This document shows positions 12,273 through 25,485 of a stretch of 64,000 nucleotides of DNA, in pieces (the stretch's first letter is position 1; every line of letters begins with the position of its first letter). Location: positions 14,260,001 to 14,324,000 of the forward strand of contig NC_082730.1 of the NCBI RefSeq assembly GCF_030144855.1, read 5' to 3'. The notes under the pieces were generated by a model. That model was given only the letters and a program-made list of their open reading frames with translations. It searched no databases and was not told the DNA's origin. The translations under genes were made by a program, and so were the position numbers. The DNA is from Hypanus sabinus. Lineage: Eukaryota.

Positions 12273-13187
12273 AGTTTTTGACCCCAGGGGCATTTGGATG
12301 GGTGGTGGGTTAGAAAATTTGCAAGGAAAATCAGATAGAACATTAAACAGTATTTTGGCCGGGAATGGTGTGTTGAACCATTTAAAATCGTAATCAAATG
12401 GCCAGCAAAACTTATCCTTTCTGTCTACACAAAGCCAATATTCTTTCATTTTCTTCATATTCATGTGCCTAACTAAATGTCCCTAGGTTACTTGGTCATT
12501 GTATATAGTCCCATGATTAGCTTCAGTTTAATCAGTCTTGTTGGGGCTGCTGTGTCAGCGTATCTTGAAGGGCTGGAATGGCTTACTCTGTGGTGTATCA
12601 CCAAATAAATCCAGAAAGAAATCATCTTGTCCTTTAAATAGACTTTGTAAACCAGTGAAGAGAACTGTGAGTATCATGATCATCTGTGTGTTATTCTCAG
12701 GTAGGGTATAAAACAACATGATCCTTTCTGAATATTGTGTATTAACCAGAGCAGAGGTTTGCTCTGAGTGGAGAATCATTATTGTGTTCCAGCCTGGGTT
12801 CCCGTGGTTCTGAGATTCAGTACGGGGGCCATAGTAACCTAGCGGTTCACACGAAGCTATTACAGCTCAGGGCGTTCCGGAGTTTGCAGTTCAATTCCAG
12901 TGCTGTTCTGAAAGGAGTCTCTGAATGTCCTCCCTGTGGGATGCCTGGATACACTCTGGGTCCTCCAGTTTCATCCCAGTCCTAAGTCGTACCAGGTAGG
13001 TTAATTGGTCAATGGAAATGTCCCGTGATTAGGTTCCGGTTAATCTGGTTTGTCGGGGGTTGCTGGGGTGGCAAAGCTCGAAGGCTGCAATGGCCGACTC
13101 TGTGCTGTATCAACAAATAAATAAATGAATAAATGTTTATGTCCGTAACAGGCACGGAATTGTGAGCAGTAATGTTGTATTTTCCAG

Positions 13188-13234
13188 AATTGAAGCCCAG
13201 AACTTCTCACAGAAAAGGCAACAATGATACCCAG
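13188..13234 (+). CDS. Cytoplasmic mini-exon (copy 2) of CD300/pIgR-like inhibitory receptor
   Basis: Acceptor tattttccag, donor gtatgg. 47 nt, phase 1 to 0, encodes xLKPRTSHRKGNNDTQ. Confidence 0.7.
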
Positions 13235-13684
13235 GTATGGACATGAAGTATAAATTGTCTGAATGCTTCAGAATGTTTAAAACTTGGGTTACATGGGAGT
13301 TTACAAATCATTTGTCCCACCAGTCCAGTCCAGTATTAATATTTTACACAAACCTCTGAACACTCCTCTCATTCAATCCTATTGGCATACCCTTCTGATT
13401 ATTTGTTCCTTTCTCTTCTGCTCATTCTGATTTTCTTCATTTCTATCCATAATATTTTACATGACTAATCTTCAAAGTGGCTCCAGGCTTGATTATCACT
13501 ACTGAATGGTGAAAACTGGGATTGGTCCTTTCTCTACTATTAGAGATAGAGTGTCTAATTGTGTAAATCTCTCTTTGGGTTCAATGACTTTTCAGTTTAC
13601 ATTTTGGATATTCCCTCTGAGTATCAAACTCTGCAGTGAAATCAGAAACAACTCGGGCAGGTCTGTTCAGAATAATAAATAAGG

Positions 13685-13890
13685 GGTGGTACGGTAATGT
13701 AGTGGTTTGGTAACAAACTGGTTCACTCCAGTTGCTGTCTGTAAAGAGTTTGCATGTTCTCCCAGTGACCTTGTGGGTTTCCTCCCACATTCCAGAAATG
13801 TTAGTATGTTAAGTTGGTCACATAGGTTTAATTGGGTAGTGCAGCCTTTTGGGCCAGAATGGCCTATTACCATGTTGTATCTCTAAATAA
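13685..13890 (+). mobile_element. V-SINE/HE1-like SINE
   Basis: gagtttgcatgttctcccagtgaccttgtgggtttcctcccacattccagaaa matches the V-SINE core. Boundaries approximate. Confidence 0.65.
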
Positions 13891-14726
13891 TTGAATATTT
13901 GTTCTGTGCTGACCTCACCCACCCACTTTTTCATTCTACCCCTCAATCCTGACACCAGTATGAATAGTCTATTATCTCTTATGTCTGTTATCACCAGTCT
14001 TTGTTTTTGATATTTTCCACAATTTTCAACATGCGTGGTAACTGCAGGGTGGAGATTGTTGAAGAGTTCTGCTCTGCCGTACATTTTCCCTTCTGGGCAT
14101 CACTTCCCCTCCAATAGCTGTACCCTCGGAGAACTGTGTGTTCCTCTTGTGTATCTTCCAGTCTCTGAATCCCACCACCAATGGCATTAGTTTCAGCTCC
14201 CTAAATCCCACACACTGGACTTAACCTCATGAACGCCTGCAATGCTGTCCTCTTAACTTTTGTTCGTTAGAAATACAGCAGAGTAACAGGTCCTTTGGAC
14301 CCACGAGCCACCCAATTACACCCGTCTAATCAATTAATGTGCTACAACAAACCATTCTGACTGTAAACCCTAAAAGTATTATAATTTGCCCAAATAATTC
14401 TCAAATTTATTTTCAACCTCTTCTCTCAGTGAACTCCTCTGAAACACAAACTACCAACTTCGTGTGTTGGTGTTATAAAGCAACATGCTGTTGTTGCACA
14501 GTTAGTAGTGGGTCCTCACTAAGGATCACATCCACTGAGCCATAAGCTGTTGTCAAACGTTATGGGAAATGAAGTCCTACAAACTGATTGAAAGGATCAT
14601 GGTTTACTTACAGAAAGAAAACTGAGGATGATCTAATAGTTGCCTGCAAGAGTATCAAATTGTTTTATTGAATAAAGGTGTTTCCACTTATGGATGAGAG
14701 TAGAACTCAGGATATAAACATAAAAT

Positions 14727-15040
14727 TTATAGGCATCCATAAGTCTCATGAGACCATGGATTTGCACCTTGGAAGGTTTTTCCCAGGGCGCAGGCCTGGG
14801 CAGGGTTGTATGGGAGACCGGCAGTTGCCCAAGCTGCAGGCCTTCCCCTCTCCACGCCACTGATGTTGTCCAAGGGAAGGCCACTGAGACCCATGCAGCT
14901 TGGCATCGGTGACGTCGCAGAGCAATGTGTTGTTAAGTGCCTTGCTCAAGGACATAAACACACTGCCTCAGCTGAGGCTCGAACAAGTGACCTTCAGGTT
15001 ACTAGTCTGATGCCTTGCCCACTAGGCCACGCGCCAACAC
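14727..15040 (-). mobile_element. tRNA-derived SINE with CORE-like domain, specific to duplication copy 2
   Basis: 12-bp TSD TAAACATAAAAT (14715-14726, 15041-15052). Minus strand has A box TGGCCTAGTGG, B box GTTCGAGCC and gtccttgagcaaggcacttaac. An empty site is present in copy 1 near 5716. Confidence 0.8.
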
Positions 15041-15276
15041 TAAACATAAAATAGTTAATAAAAAAAACAATCCAGGAAATTAAGACCATAGACAATATGG
15101 TAGAGGATCAGAATTAGTCCATTTGGCCCATCAAGACTGCTCCATCCTTCAATCACAGCTGATTTATTTTCCCTCTCAACTATTATGATGTCTTCTCCCT
15201 GTAGCTTCTCACACGCTCAACTTTCATATTCATCAGTCATTAAGTAGATTTCAGAATCCATTTTTTTTTATTTCAG

Positions 15277-15531
15277 AAAATGGCCATGTTGGAAGAAAAT
15301 GTTGTTTATACAGATCTACACCATATTCGAAACAAACAGACAGTTGCCCAGTCGGCAAAAGAAGGAACTGGAATTGTGTATGCAAGTGTGAAATACAAAA
15401 GGAAATCAACAACAGTCCACTCCGTTACTGATGTGGACAACGTCACCTATGCAGATATCAAATTTCAAACCCATCGTGCTAAGCCCAAAAGGAAAGCTTT
15501 CTCTCCTGCTACTCCACAGGACGAGGAATAA
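15277..15531 (+). CDS. Terminal cytoplasmic exon with three ITIMs, CD300/pIgR (CMRF35)-like inhibitory receptor
   Basis: Acceptor tttttttttatttcag, phase 0. KMAMLEENVVYTDL...IVYASV...VTYADI...QDEE*; all three motifs fit the ITIM consensus (I/V/L/S)xYxx(L/V/I). Confidence 0.85.
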   Translation, partial: KMAMLEENVVYTDLHHIRNKQTVAQSAKEGTGIVYASVKYKRKSTTVHSVTDVDNVTYADIKFQTHRAKPKRKAFSPATPQDEE

Positions 15532-15569
15532 GCTTGACAAAGTAATTATGTGGCAAGATTGAGGCATAA

Positions 15570-15856
15570 GATTTACGTTTTTTATTCAGTTCACCTGTAC
15601 ACCTGCTCGTTAATGCAAATATCTGATCAGTCAATCATGTAACAACTCGATGCATAAAAGCATGTAGATATGAACAAGAGGTTCAGTTGACAGTAAGTTA
15701 AATTACCATTTATTACAACAGTAGTTGTAGAAGAACACCTCTCAATGCACAACACGCCAACACGCATGCTTTCCTGCATCGAATTGCTGCCGCATAATTG
15801 ATTTGGTATTTACTCTGACGAGCAGCTGCAGAGATGTCCTGAATAAAGTGGCCACA
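15570..15856. mobile_element. Tc1/mariner-derived MITE fragment in the putative 3' UTR
   Basis: cacctgtacacctgctcgttaatgcaaatatc...aataaagtggccac. The end matches the inverted-repeat motif also seen at 61661-61713. Confidence 0.55.
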
Positions 15857-17463
15857 AAGTTTTACTCTTCTGCCTTAATCTATCTACATAATTACTTTGT
15901 CAAGCTCATTCTGATCTGCTTCTTCTCCAAACCCTGCTTCCCCGTTCCTCTTCATTGGCAATGAGGGTCTGAGTGTAGATCATCTCTGTGTGACTGCCCG
16001 TTATGCCGCTGTGTAAGGGGAAGCAGTGCAGGTCCTCCATCACTGGTGGTGTTCAGGGCTTCCTTCATCATGTCGGTAGCTTCCTCTCAGTTTTCACTAT
16101 TGTTAGTCATGCAAGTCCTGGGTTGAATCACAGGATTACCATCACACTCACATGTAGAAGGAATCTTCATTGCTGTTTCTGTAACAGTTTTGTTTTTGCA
16201 GTTGGGTTTGTTAGCCCTGATCTGAACCCTCCCCTCCCCCCCCCCACCTCCCCGGAGCTGGAGGACTGGTGAATCACTCTTAGTCTGTTCTCTACCCTGT
16301 GATCTGTTTGGCAAGTGTAACCTTACCAAGAGCCAAAGCATGATGCCTTGAATCCAGTCAACATAGCTCTCCGGGTCTTGGGTCACACAAGCCTCCAAAC
16401 CACAACAAAATTGTGGTCCTCTTCGAGGATCAATCATCCCTACAAATGTGAAAATGCTCTTGCCCCTCATTCTGACTTCTACAATATACACTCTGACACC
16501 CCACTCCCACCTCTTCAATCATAATTTCTTTCAGCTATTTAAATAATAACAGTGATTATCTTTTTTCAGAATATCGGTAATTTGACATGTTTAACATGTG
16601 GATGCTTTAGATTTTCATGAATGAAGGCTTCGGCGCTGGATAGTGTGGCTTGTGCAAAGATCCTTACCGGCCAAGTAGGTCAGTCTTCCTGTAATTTAAC
16701 TACCAGGCAATATTGTGTAAAAGTTGTGCCAAAGCGTACCCTTTGTCTAACTTTATTGTATCATGACTGATTATGAATGTAACAGTGTAATCTGAATGTT
16801 TAGACTCTGTTTGGAAGTGAAGCATGTGTGTACTAAAAGGGAGTAGAGGTCTTAGAGGAGATGTATTTGCTTACATTTTTGCTGCTCTGTATAAGGTACA
16901 GAGTTGGTGGTGTTCTAATGATGTTTGTATTGTGTTCCTTCAGAATTGCCACTACCGTATTAGTTTTGTGTGGTTTGCTTTGTGTAATTTTATACTGTAT
17001 AAACAATTTGTCGATACACAAGGGTGTGGATCGAAGGTTAAACTGAGATTGTAATGGCAGGAAATGGTTGTAAATTTGTTTGTTTTGTTTTAAGACTCTC
17101 TTCTGGCAATAAAACAGATAAATGAATTAAAACCCGAAAAAGTATGTGTTGTCCTGAGTGTGTGCTTTTCCCCAGACTACAGAATTAATATTTGTATCTG
17201 TGCACTTGTAATGCGACTGTGACATTGGGATTTTTTTCCTTTGGGATTAATAAAGTATCCATCTAATTTTCAACAGATGTTTGAAATTTGCAAAGATGTT
17301 AAAATGTTAGCAGGACTGAGTGACAATACTCAAGTAAGGGGATTTTGGTGAATTGTGGGCTGAGCCAGAAAATAAATTACATGTTATGAATCACAGGAAA
17401 TTACTTCCAGAAGCACAGGAGGTGTAAATGAGAGCCTCAGAAGAAGCAGTCAGCAGAGAGGTT

Positions 17464-18275
17464 TGCCATAAGGTGGGCGCTGGGAGTGGACCCAAATGCA
17501 AGACACAGACACTGAAGTACTAGGAACTGGACTGGACTAGAGTTAGGGACAGGACAGGACACAGACTAGGAGCAGGGGCAGGAACATAGATATGGGCTAG
17601 GACTTTGGCTAGGAAGGCGTGACCAGGACAAGGAACTGGGAACTAGGAACCTGGGCTTGGGTTGAGCCAGAGACTGGACAAGGTCCCAGAACCTGTGTAT
17701 TGACTCGAGCTCAGACCCCAGAACAAGACGATGACATGACGTCGATACAGGACTGCACGTGGCTTGGTTCCCTTGAGGCTTGGCTACAAAACCAGACATG
17801 GAACTCCTGCACAAGACAAGGCACATGGAGAGGACAAGAAACTGAAGCCCTGACTCAACCTTGGGCCACCTGAACACAGAGCCCCAGTCCGGAGGGGGTG
17901 CAGCAGCACAGAGCCCCAGTCTGGAAGGGGCACAGTAGCACAGAGACATGGAACACAAAGTCAGGGTCCCTCCTTAGGAACAGAATTTTGGACCAGGGCT
18001 CTACACAGAGTCATGGAGCAGGACATAGGGCCAGGACTCAAACCCAGAACACAGAGGGACAGTTTCCAACACAAGGTAGCAGTAAAGTTAACATCAATTA
18101 GGATGGAAGGGCACAAACTTTTCAAACCCATTAGGTGATTCCCTGATGGGGACCATTCCTGTTGCTGGCTCTGCCATGTTGGGTTCAGAGATCCCCTTGG
18201 CAGATGGCATAGCACCACACCTGACTCTCTGATGGCCCACGGACAGGGCACAGATCAGGGGTGGGACATGATGGC
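17464..18275. mobile_element. LTR-like element with short internal repeats, related to the 295-1338 element
   Basis: Start (...gggagtggacccaaatgcaagacac) resembles 295-350 (gggagaggacccacatgcaggacac), with similar gaactgg/ggacac repeats. No TSD resolved; boundaries approximate. Confidence 0.45.
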
Positions 18276-18829
18276 TGAAAACTGTAGGTGCGAGCAGGGC
18301 CAAGGTCATGGATGGGGCATCTCCTCGTGCGTGGGGATTGCTCTCATTGACCAGCTTTGTTCTCACTGACGGGGTTTCCAAACCTTGGATTTCAGATGGA
18401 ATTTGCTCCCATGGGAAGGTCTTGTTCAAATGGGAAGGATTTTAAAGTTTAAAATAAATTTAGTATCAAAGTGCATTTCTGTCAGAATATATAGTCCTGA
18501 GGTTCACTTTCTTGTGAGCATTCTGAAAGGGTCACTAGCGAACTCGAGTGCAGGAGTCACAGTGACTTCAACAACCCAAACAAAACAAAAGACTTATTCC
18601 AGAAATTAGCCAGCAAAACTAACAAGAACTCAGGCACATTATACAGATTATTGAAGAACTGAAATGACCTGATACAGAGAAGAATTCAGTCTGAGTTTCA
18701 TCAGGCAAGAATCCACAATGACCAAGCAAAGGGGGATTGGCATGTTTACACTCTAAACATGTAGGAGTTCAGTGCCAATCAGACAACATAGGTGTCCACA
18801 TGAAGAACTAATCTCCAAAGACAACAACT

Positions 18830-21800
18830 CCAATGCAAGATATTGACAATACCGACATGTGGTTGTGCGTTTTCTTCATTTCAGAGACAAAGACCGCACT
18901 ATTAAACTTGCAAGAAAACAAAGGTTGTTTCAATTTCAAAGCTCTGAAATTCACTTCTTCAAAGATTTTCCTCGTGAAATTGTTCAGAAATGTTCTGGAT
19001 TCACTGCTGTTATGCGTACGGCTTATCAAAGACAGTTGCATTCATCTCTTTAATACCCAGCTAAATTAAGGCTTTTCATCAAAAATTCTGGGGTTCATAT
19101 TTTTGATGACCCAGCTAAACACCGCATTTTATTAATTCTCTCCCTGCCGAGTCTGAAGCCTGAAGTTTGAATAATTTACAACTGTTTGGTTGTCTCGTGA
19201 CGTAAGGAGTGATGAAATCAGAAGATTTGATGGGTATAGAAAGTCTTTACCTTAAAATGTACTTTTAGCTCTGAAATAGACTGGTTTGGATGGTTTTTAC
19301 CTCAGAAGTCATAGCGAGGGAACTGTCGAAAGACTGTAGATAACTTCGAACCATCTAGAACTTTTTTTTCTGTTTGCAGCATTTAATTGAACTAATTGCT
19401 TTTTGCTCCGCATGTTTTTGTTAAGAACTTTTAAGTAACTATCCAGGTTTCTTTATGCTTTAAAGATAGATTTGATAATTTAAGGATGGCAATTGTTTTT
19501 CTTCTGAGCAAATATTTCAAGAAGTTATTTTTGGAAGTGTTTTTTTTCCTTATTTAATATTATGAAGGCTATTTTCAAAATTGAATGTCATGTCTAATAA
19601 CTGTTTTCTTTAGCTCAGTTGTAATGAACAGTATGTCAACTGTAATGAGTTGTGTATCCAGAAGAGGGAGATAGATATTACTTTTTTAATTTTTACCTTT
19701 TATTCAGGCAGGTGGAGTTTATAATTGATTTTTATGCATTCTTTGGGGCTGGTGTCGATCGATATCGACTTATTTCTGGTCTTTGTAGTTTGGATGGGTT
19801 TTTTCATTTTTTCTTTTCTTATTTTTTTATCTACATTATGCAAATTATTATTATTGTTGTTTATCTCTGTCATTCATGACTACCTTATCCTGACATGCGT
19901 CTAACTACTTTTTTTTAGATATAAAGTCTCATGATGGTATTTAAACAGTTAAATGTTTAAAGTTAGAAAGTCCGTGGTTGAAATCATCCTATTAAGTGCA
20001 AGAAAACATTTAAAGCTATTAACCGATTCCAACCTGACATAATCTTTGCACAAGAAACGTGTATCAGGCTATGTGATAAAAATTGATTTTTTAAATTTTG
20101 GAGTATCCTCAGTTTCATGCAAATTCTCATAGTAAAATTAGAGGTGTTTCGATTTTTATTGATTCTAAAATTCCTTTTAACCAGGAGGATATTATAGCTG
20201 ATATTGATGGTAGATTTTTGATTGTTAAAGGAACAATTTACAACAGGAAAATGGTTTTGGTTAATATATATGGACCAAATGTTGATGATCCCTCATTTTT
20301 AAAGCTGTTTTTGCTCTATTACCTGATCTAAATTAATAAATGTTATTAATGGGTGGTGATTTTAATACTTGTATAAATCCTTTAATGAATAAATCATCAT
20401 CCAAACATCAACTCCCTAATTGTTCTGCATCACTTATTAATTCCTTTTTAATTGATTATGGGTTAATTGAAATTTGGATACATATGCATCCTAGTGATAG
20501 AGAATATTCCTTCTCTTCAAATGTTCATAATAAATATTCGAGGATCGACCATTTTATAGTCGACCCTCGACTTCTATTTAATGTTCAGAAATGTGAATAT
20601 GATGCAATTGTTATCTCTGATCACGCTCCTTTAAACCTAATATTTGAACTGAAAGATGTTGCTTCTACAAGACCACTTTGGCATTTTCCAGAACATTTGT
20701 TACAAAGTTCAGAATTTGTTGAGTTTATTGAAACTCAGATAAAAGAGATTTTTCTCTTTAATAATACAGGAAATGTCTCAAAGTTAGTGATTTGGGATCC
20801 ATTAAAAACTTATTTATGTGGTCAGATTATTTTGTATATAGCTAACTGAAGAAACAGACAAGAATGGAATTAGATAAAATGTCTAAACAAATTAAAGATT
20901 TAAATAACATCAATGCAACCTCTTCAAATACTGTTTTTGAAAAGTGGAATTATAATCACAATATTATTATTAACTTATCCAATTGAAGGATATTTGCTTA
21001 AATTGAAAAGTTAGTTTTCTATTTTTGGGGATAAAAATAATATGCTTGTAGCTTCCCAATTAAGGGCAGCTAGAGCTAAAAGACAAATTTTATAGATTCG
21101 TAAAGATAATGGGGATATAGTAAGTAACCATGAAGACATTAATAATACTTTTCAGGATTTTTATTCTGATCTCTATACATCTCAATTTCCAGCAGATTCC
21201 TCCAAAATGAATGCTTTTTTGCATAAGATTAAATTTCGTCAAATTACTGATTACAGATTATAGATGGTTGATGCTCCAATTACTGAGCATGAAATTCAGA
21301 AAGCTATGTTGTCAATGCAATCAGGCAAAGTTCCTGGACTTGATGGTTATTTGTTAGGATTTTACAAGAAGCTTTGTAAAATTACTTTCTCCATATCTTT
21401 TGGAAATATTTCATGAATCTTTTGAGAACAGTAATTTACCTTCTTTTTAAGAAGCTTCTGTTTCCTGAAAAACATTGTCTCATTTTTACTATGCATTGTA
21501 CCAGTAGTTATGGTCGAAATGACAATAAACGTTGACTTGAGATAAAGATCCTACTGAATGTTCATCATATAGACCTATTTTGTTATTAAATGCGGATGCA
21601 AAAATTCTCTGTAAGATAATGGCTAACCGTTTGGAAAATATTTAACTACAATTATCTCTATGGATCAAACAGGCTTTATTAAAGGCCATTACTCCTTCTC
21701 CAATGTTTCAAGATTGATGAACATTATATATTCATCACTATCTAAGATAACCCAATGTGTTATTTCTCTTGATGCAGAAAAGACATTTGATAGAGTTGAG

Positions 21801-24055
21801 TAGACATATCTGTTTAAGGTATTAGAAAAATTTGGTTTTGGTACTAATTTCAATAGGTGAATTTCAATGATCTATAACAATCCTACTGCTACTGTTATTA
21901 CTGATAACTTCAGTTCCTCTTTTTTTCACTTTCACGAGGTAATAGACAAGGATGTCCATTAAGCCCTTTATTATTTAACTTCGTACTTGAGCCTTTGGCC
22001 ATAACACTCTGTGAAACTAAAAATATTCATGCTATCTCTATAAATGAGACTATACATAAGATTTCTCTCTACATAGATGATCTTTTGGTTTATATTTTGA
22101 ACCCTGAAGAATCTATTCCTAATCTTTTGGAAATACCAAATGATTATGGAAAATTTTCAGGATATAAACTTAACTTAAATAAAAGTGAATTGTTTCAATT
22201 AAATGCTCCTGATTTTATATATAACAATATTCCATTAAGAATTGTTAATTCTTTTAAATATTTAGGTATTATAATTACTAAAAATATAAAGATCTTTATA
22301 AATCTAATGTAGTTTCCTTAATGGACTCTATGAAAAAAATATTTTCTAGATAGAACCCACTTATACTTTCTTTAATCGGTCATATCCATGATGTGAAAAT
22401 TATGATTTTACATAGATTTTTATATATTTTTCAAAATACACCTATCTTTTTAACTAAAAAAATTTTGATCAAATTGACTGTATTATTTCATCTTTTATTT
22501 GAAACAATAAAAGACTACGAGTTAATAAGTATCATTTACAAAAATCTAAAAAAGGATGGTGGACTTGCACTTCCTAATTTAAGATTGTATTATTGGGCTG
22601 TAAATATTCAACAATTATGTTGTTGGCTATATTGACTGGATAAGAGCCAAAAACCAGCTTGGACTGATTTGGAATTAAAACATCAAACAGTTTCATTTAA
22701 CCTCAATATTAGGAGCTCCATTACCTTTACAACTCTCTAAAATTCCAAATTTAAATCTCTACCCTGTTATTAATCAGTCCTTATGGATTTGGTTTCAGTT
22801 TCACAATATATTTAATTTTAAACAACTTAAATAGTCTACCTCTTTATATCATTTTTTTTATTTAAACTTTCAATAACCAATCCCATTTTCTCTTATGAGG
22901 AAATAAGGGGATCTGTTTTTTTTTTTGCAGATTTATTTTGTGATGGTCGATTGATGACTTTTGAAGAGTTAATTAGCAAATATTCTCTCTTGTATACACA
23001 CTTCCTGCAATATTTTCAGGTTGGACATTTTTTACTAAAATACTTATCTAAGTTTCCATACATGCAAGAATCTGATTTGTTGGATACTATTTTGAATATG
23101 AATCCTTTTGTAAGAGGTTCCATTGGTAGAATTTATAATTTATTTTTACCACAAAAAGATAACCTCTCACTAAAGGATAAACAAGATTGGGAGAGAGAAC
23201 TTAATATGACCTTTGTTAATGAAGATTGGTTGCGATATATGAAAATGGGCAATTCTTCTTTGATATGCTCTAATCACTGTTTAATTCAATTTAAAATTGT
23301 TCACTGTTATTATTTAACAAAGCAGAGACTATCCAAAATATTTCCTAACATAGACAATTACTGCGATAGGAGTAAAACTGAAGTAGCCACTTTGTCACAT
23401 ATGTTCTGGTCATGTTCTTCATTAAAATCATTTTGGAAATCTTTATTTTCTATGATTTCAAAAGCTCTGAAAATTAATTTACAAGCTAATACATTGACTG
23501 TTCTATTTGGAATAGTTCTGCATCATATTCTGGGTATTTCATCTTCAGACCAGCATGTAATTGCATTTGCTATATTGTTGGCAAGAAGGGCTGTTTTATG
23601 AAACTGGAAAGATACCTCTGTCCCTACATTAATTCAATGGTTTTCTCAAGTAATGTTACGTCTTAGTTTGGAAAAAATTAGTAGAACTTTTAATCCTCGA
23701 TTTGATTTTGATGGGGCTCTTTTGCCAAATATTATCATTTAATTTGAATTATTTTATATAATTTCCTTCCAATTTTATTTTATATAAAAATGAATAGGGG
23801 GTTGATGATTCTTCTTCTTTATATACATAGATGATGGTAAGATGTATTGCTCTGGGAGTTGATTCCTAATGGTTGGGTTTCTCTTTTTTTCCTTCTTTTC
23901 TTTAGAAAAATATCTTTTTTTCATTATCACATATTATTCTTTTTTGATAAGTTTTTTTTCTTCAGCTTTATTAATTAAATATATATCAAATTGTTGAAGT
24001 TTTGTATCATTTTATAGCTGTAGAAGATTATGTATCAATAAGAAGATTCTTAAAA
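18830..24055 (+). mobile_element. Degenerate L1-clade LINE (ORF1 C-terminus, APE endonuclease, RT, C-terminal Cys-rich domain)
   Basis: VVRFLHFRDKD (ORF1); LVNIYGPN, MGGDFN, YSRIDHF, SDHAPL (endonuclease); ISLYIDDLL (RT); CDRSKTEVATLSHMFWSC. Multiple stops and frameshifts. Confidence 0.9.
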
Positions 24056-24057
24056 AA

Positions 24058-25270
24058 TGAAGAACATGCTGGCTTTAGAAAAGGTCGATCTTGCATTGAC
24101 CATATATTTGTACTAAAATAATTTATCGAACAATCTGCAGATTGGAACAGCAATCTTTATGTACTATTTGTGGACTTTGAAAAAGCATTTGACAGTATCA
24201 GGAAACGCTCTGAAAAATTTTAAGAAGATACAGATTTCCCCAAAAAATTGTAAACATTATTCAAATAATGTACAACGATTTTCAGTGCAAGGTGATTTGT
24301 GGAAAGGAACTGACAGAAATCTTCAGGGTATGCACAGGAGTTAAACAGGGATGTATCCTATTACCTTTGCTCTTTATTTTAGCAATGGATTGGCTTATGA
24401 AGGAAACAATCACAGAAGAGAAACGGGGTATTCAATGGACACTTACCTCGACACTTGATGACCTAGTTTTTGCTGATGATATCAGTCTGCTAGCGAGTCG
24501 TCATAGTGACGTTCAGGAGAAATTGGACAGACTTTCATCATATGCATCGCAACTTGGAATGAACATTCAAGTGAGAAAAACAAAGATAAATGCTTCCAAC
24601 CTCCAACCACTAATCATCAATAATCAGCAAGTGGAAGAGGTAGATGAGTTCATGTACCTTGGGAGTAAAGTCAGCACTGATGGAGATAGTGGTAAGGATG
24701 TATTAGCAAGACTATCTAAAGCAAATCAAACATTTGGCAGCCTCAATGCAGTTTGGAAATCCAGACAACTCAAACTTAACACCAAAATCAGAATTTTTAA
24801 AAGCAACATCCTAAGTATGCATCTTTATGGAAGTGAATGTTGGAAGATAATGAAAGATATCTGCAAGAAACTTGACATATTCCAGTCAAAATGTCTACAA
24901 TGTATCAAGAAGATCTCCTGGCCTGAGAAAATCAGAAACCAAGACTTGCTTATATCTTGCAATATGGAATCAGTCTCAGTTTGTGTGAAAAGAAGACGAT
25001 GGAGATGGCTGGGCTTTGTAATGAGAATGCCAAATGATCAACTAGAAAAAGTAGCACTAAGGTGGACCCCACAGGGATCCACCACAGTGAAGCAGGGGCA
25101 GGTCCAAAATGACATAGTGAAGATCTGTGGAAGCAGAACTGAAAGAAGTAGGCATGAACTGGGTAACGGCAAGCAGCAGAGCGAAAGACCGGCAGGAGTG
25201 GAAGACCCTTGTGGAGGCCCCATGTGCTACCTAGGCACTAAGGGTTCAACCAACTCTATAAGTAAGCTGA
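24058..25270 (+). mobile_element. 5'-truncated RTE/RTE-X LINE (RT)
   Basis: AGFRKGRSCIDHIF, VDFEKAFDS, GVKQGCILLPLLF, DLVFADDISLL and RRWRWLGFVMRM...ALRWTPQG motifs. Confidence 0.9.
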
Positions 25271-25322
25271 AATAGTATTTGTAAAAGAGCGCGGAATGGG
25301 AAAACCCAGAAGTTCTCTCTCC

Positions 25323-25485
25323 NNNNNNNNNNNNNNNNNNNNNNNNNNNNNNNNNNNNNNNNNNNNNNNNNNNNNNNNNNNNNNNNNNNNNNNNNNNNNN
25401 NNNNNNNNNNNNNNNNNNNNNNNNNNNNNNNNNNNNNNNNNNNNNNNNNNNNNNNNNNNNNNNNNNNNNNNNNNNNNNNNNNNNN
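25323..25485. other. Assembly gap (163 N)
   Basis: Run of N. Confidence 1.

Larger units (their letters stand above)
12488..16270 (+). repeat. Segmental duplication copy 2 (homologous to ~1738-8105)
   Basis: Colinear homologous blocks: 12488-13655 with 1738-2680; 14581-15476 with 5583-6146; 15930-16270 with 7780-8105. Confidence 0.85.

Noticed and set aside
14960-15040. tRNA gene
   Set aside because: A and B boxes are present, but this is the head of a TSD-flanked SINE and I could not support a full cloverleaf.
24268-25275. 335-aa ORF as a host gene or active element
   Set aside because: It is a 5'-truncated RTE reverse transcriptase with a C-terminal frameshift and no endonuclease.
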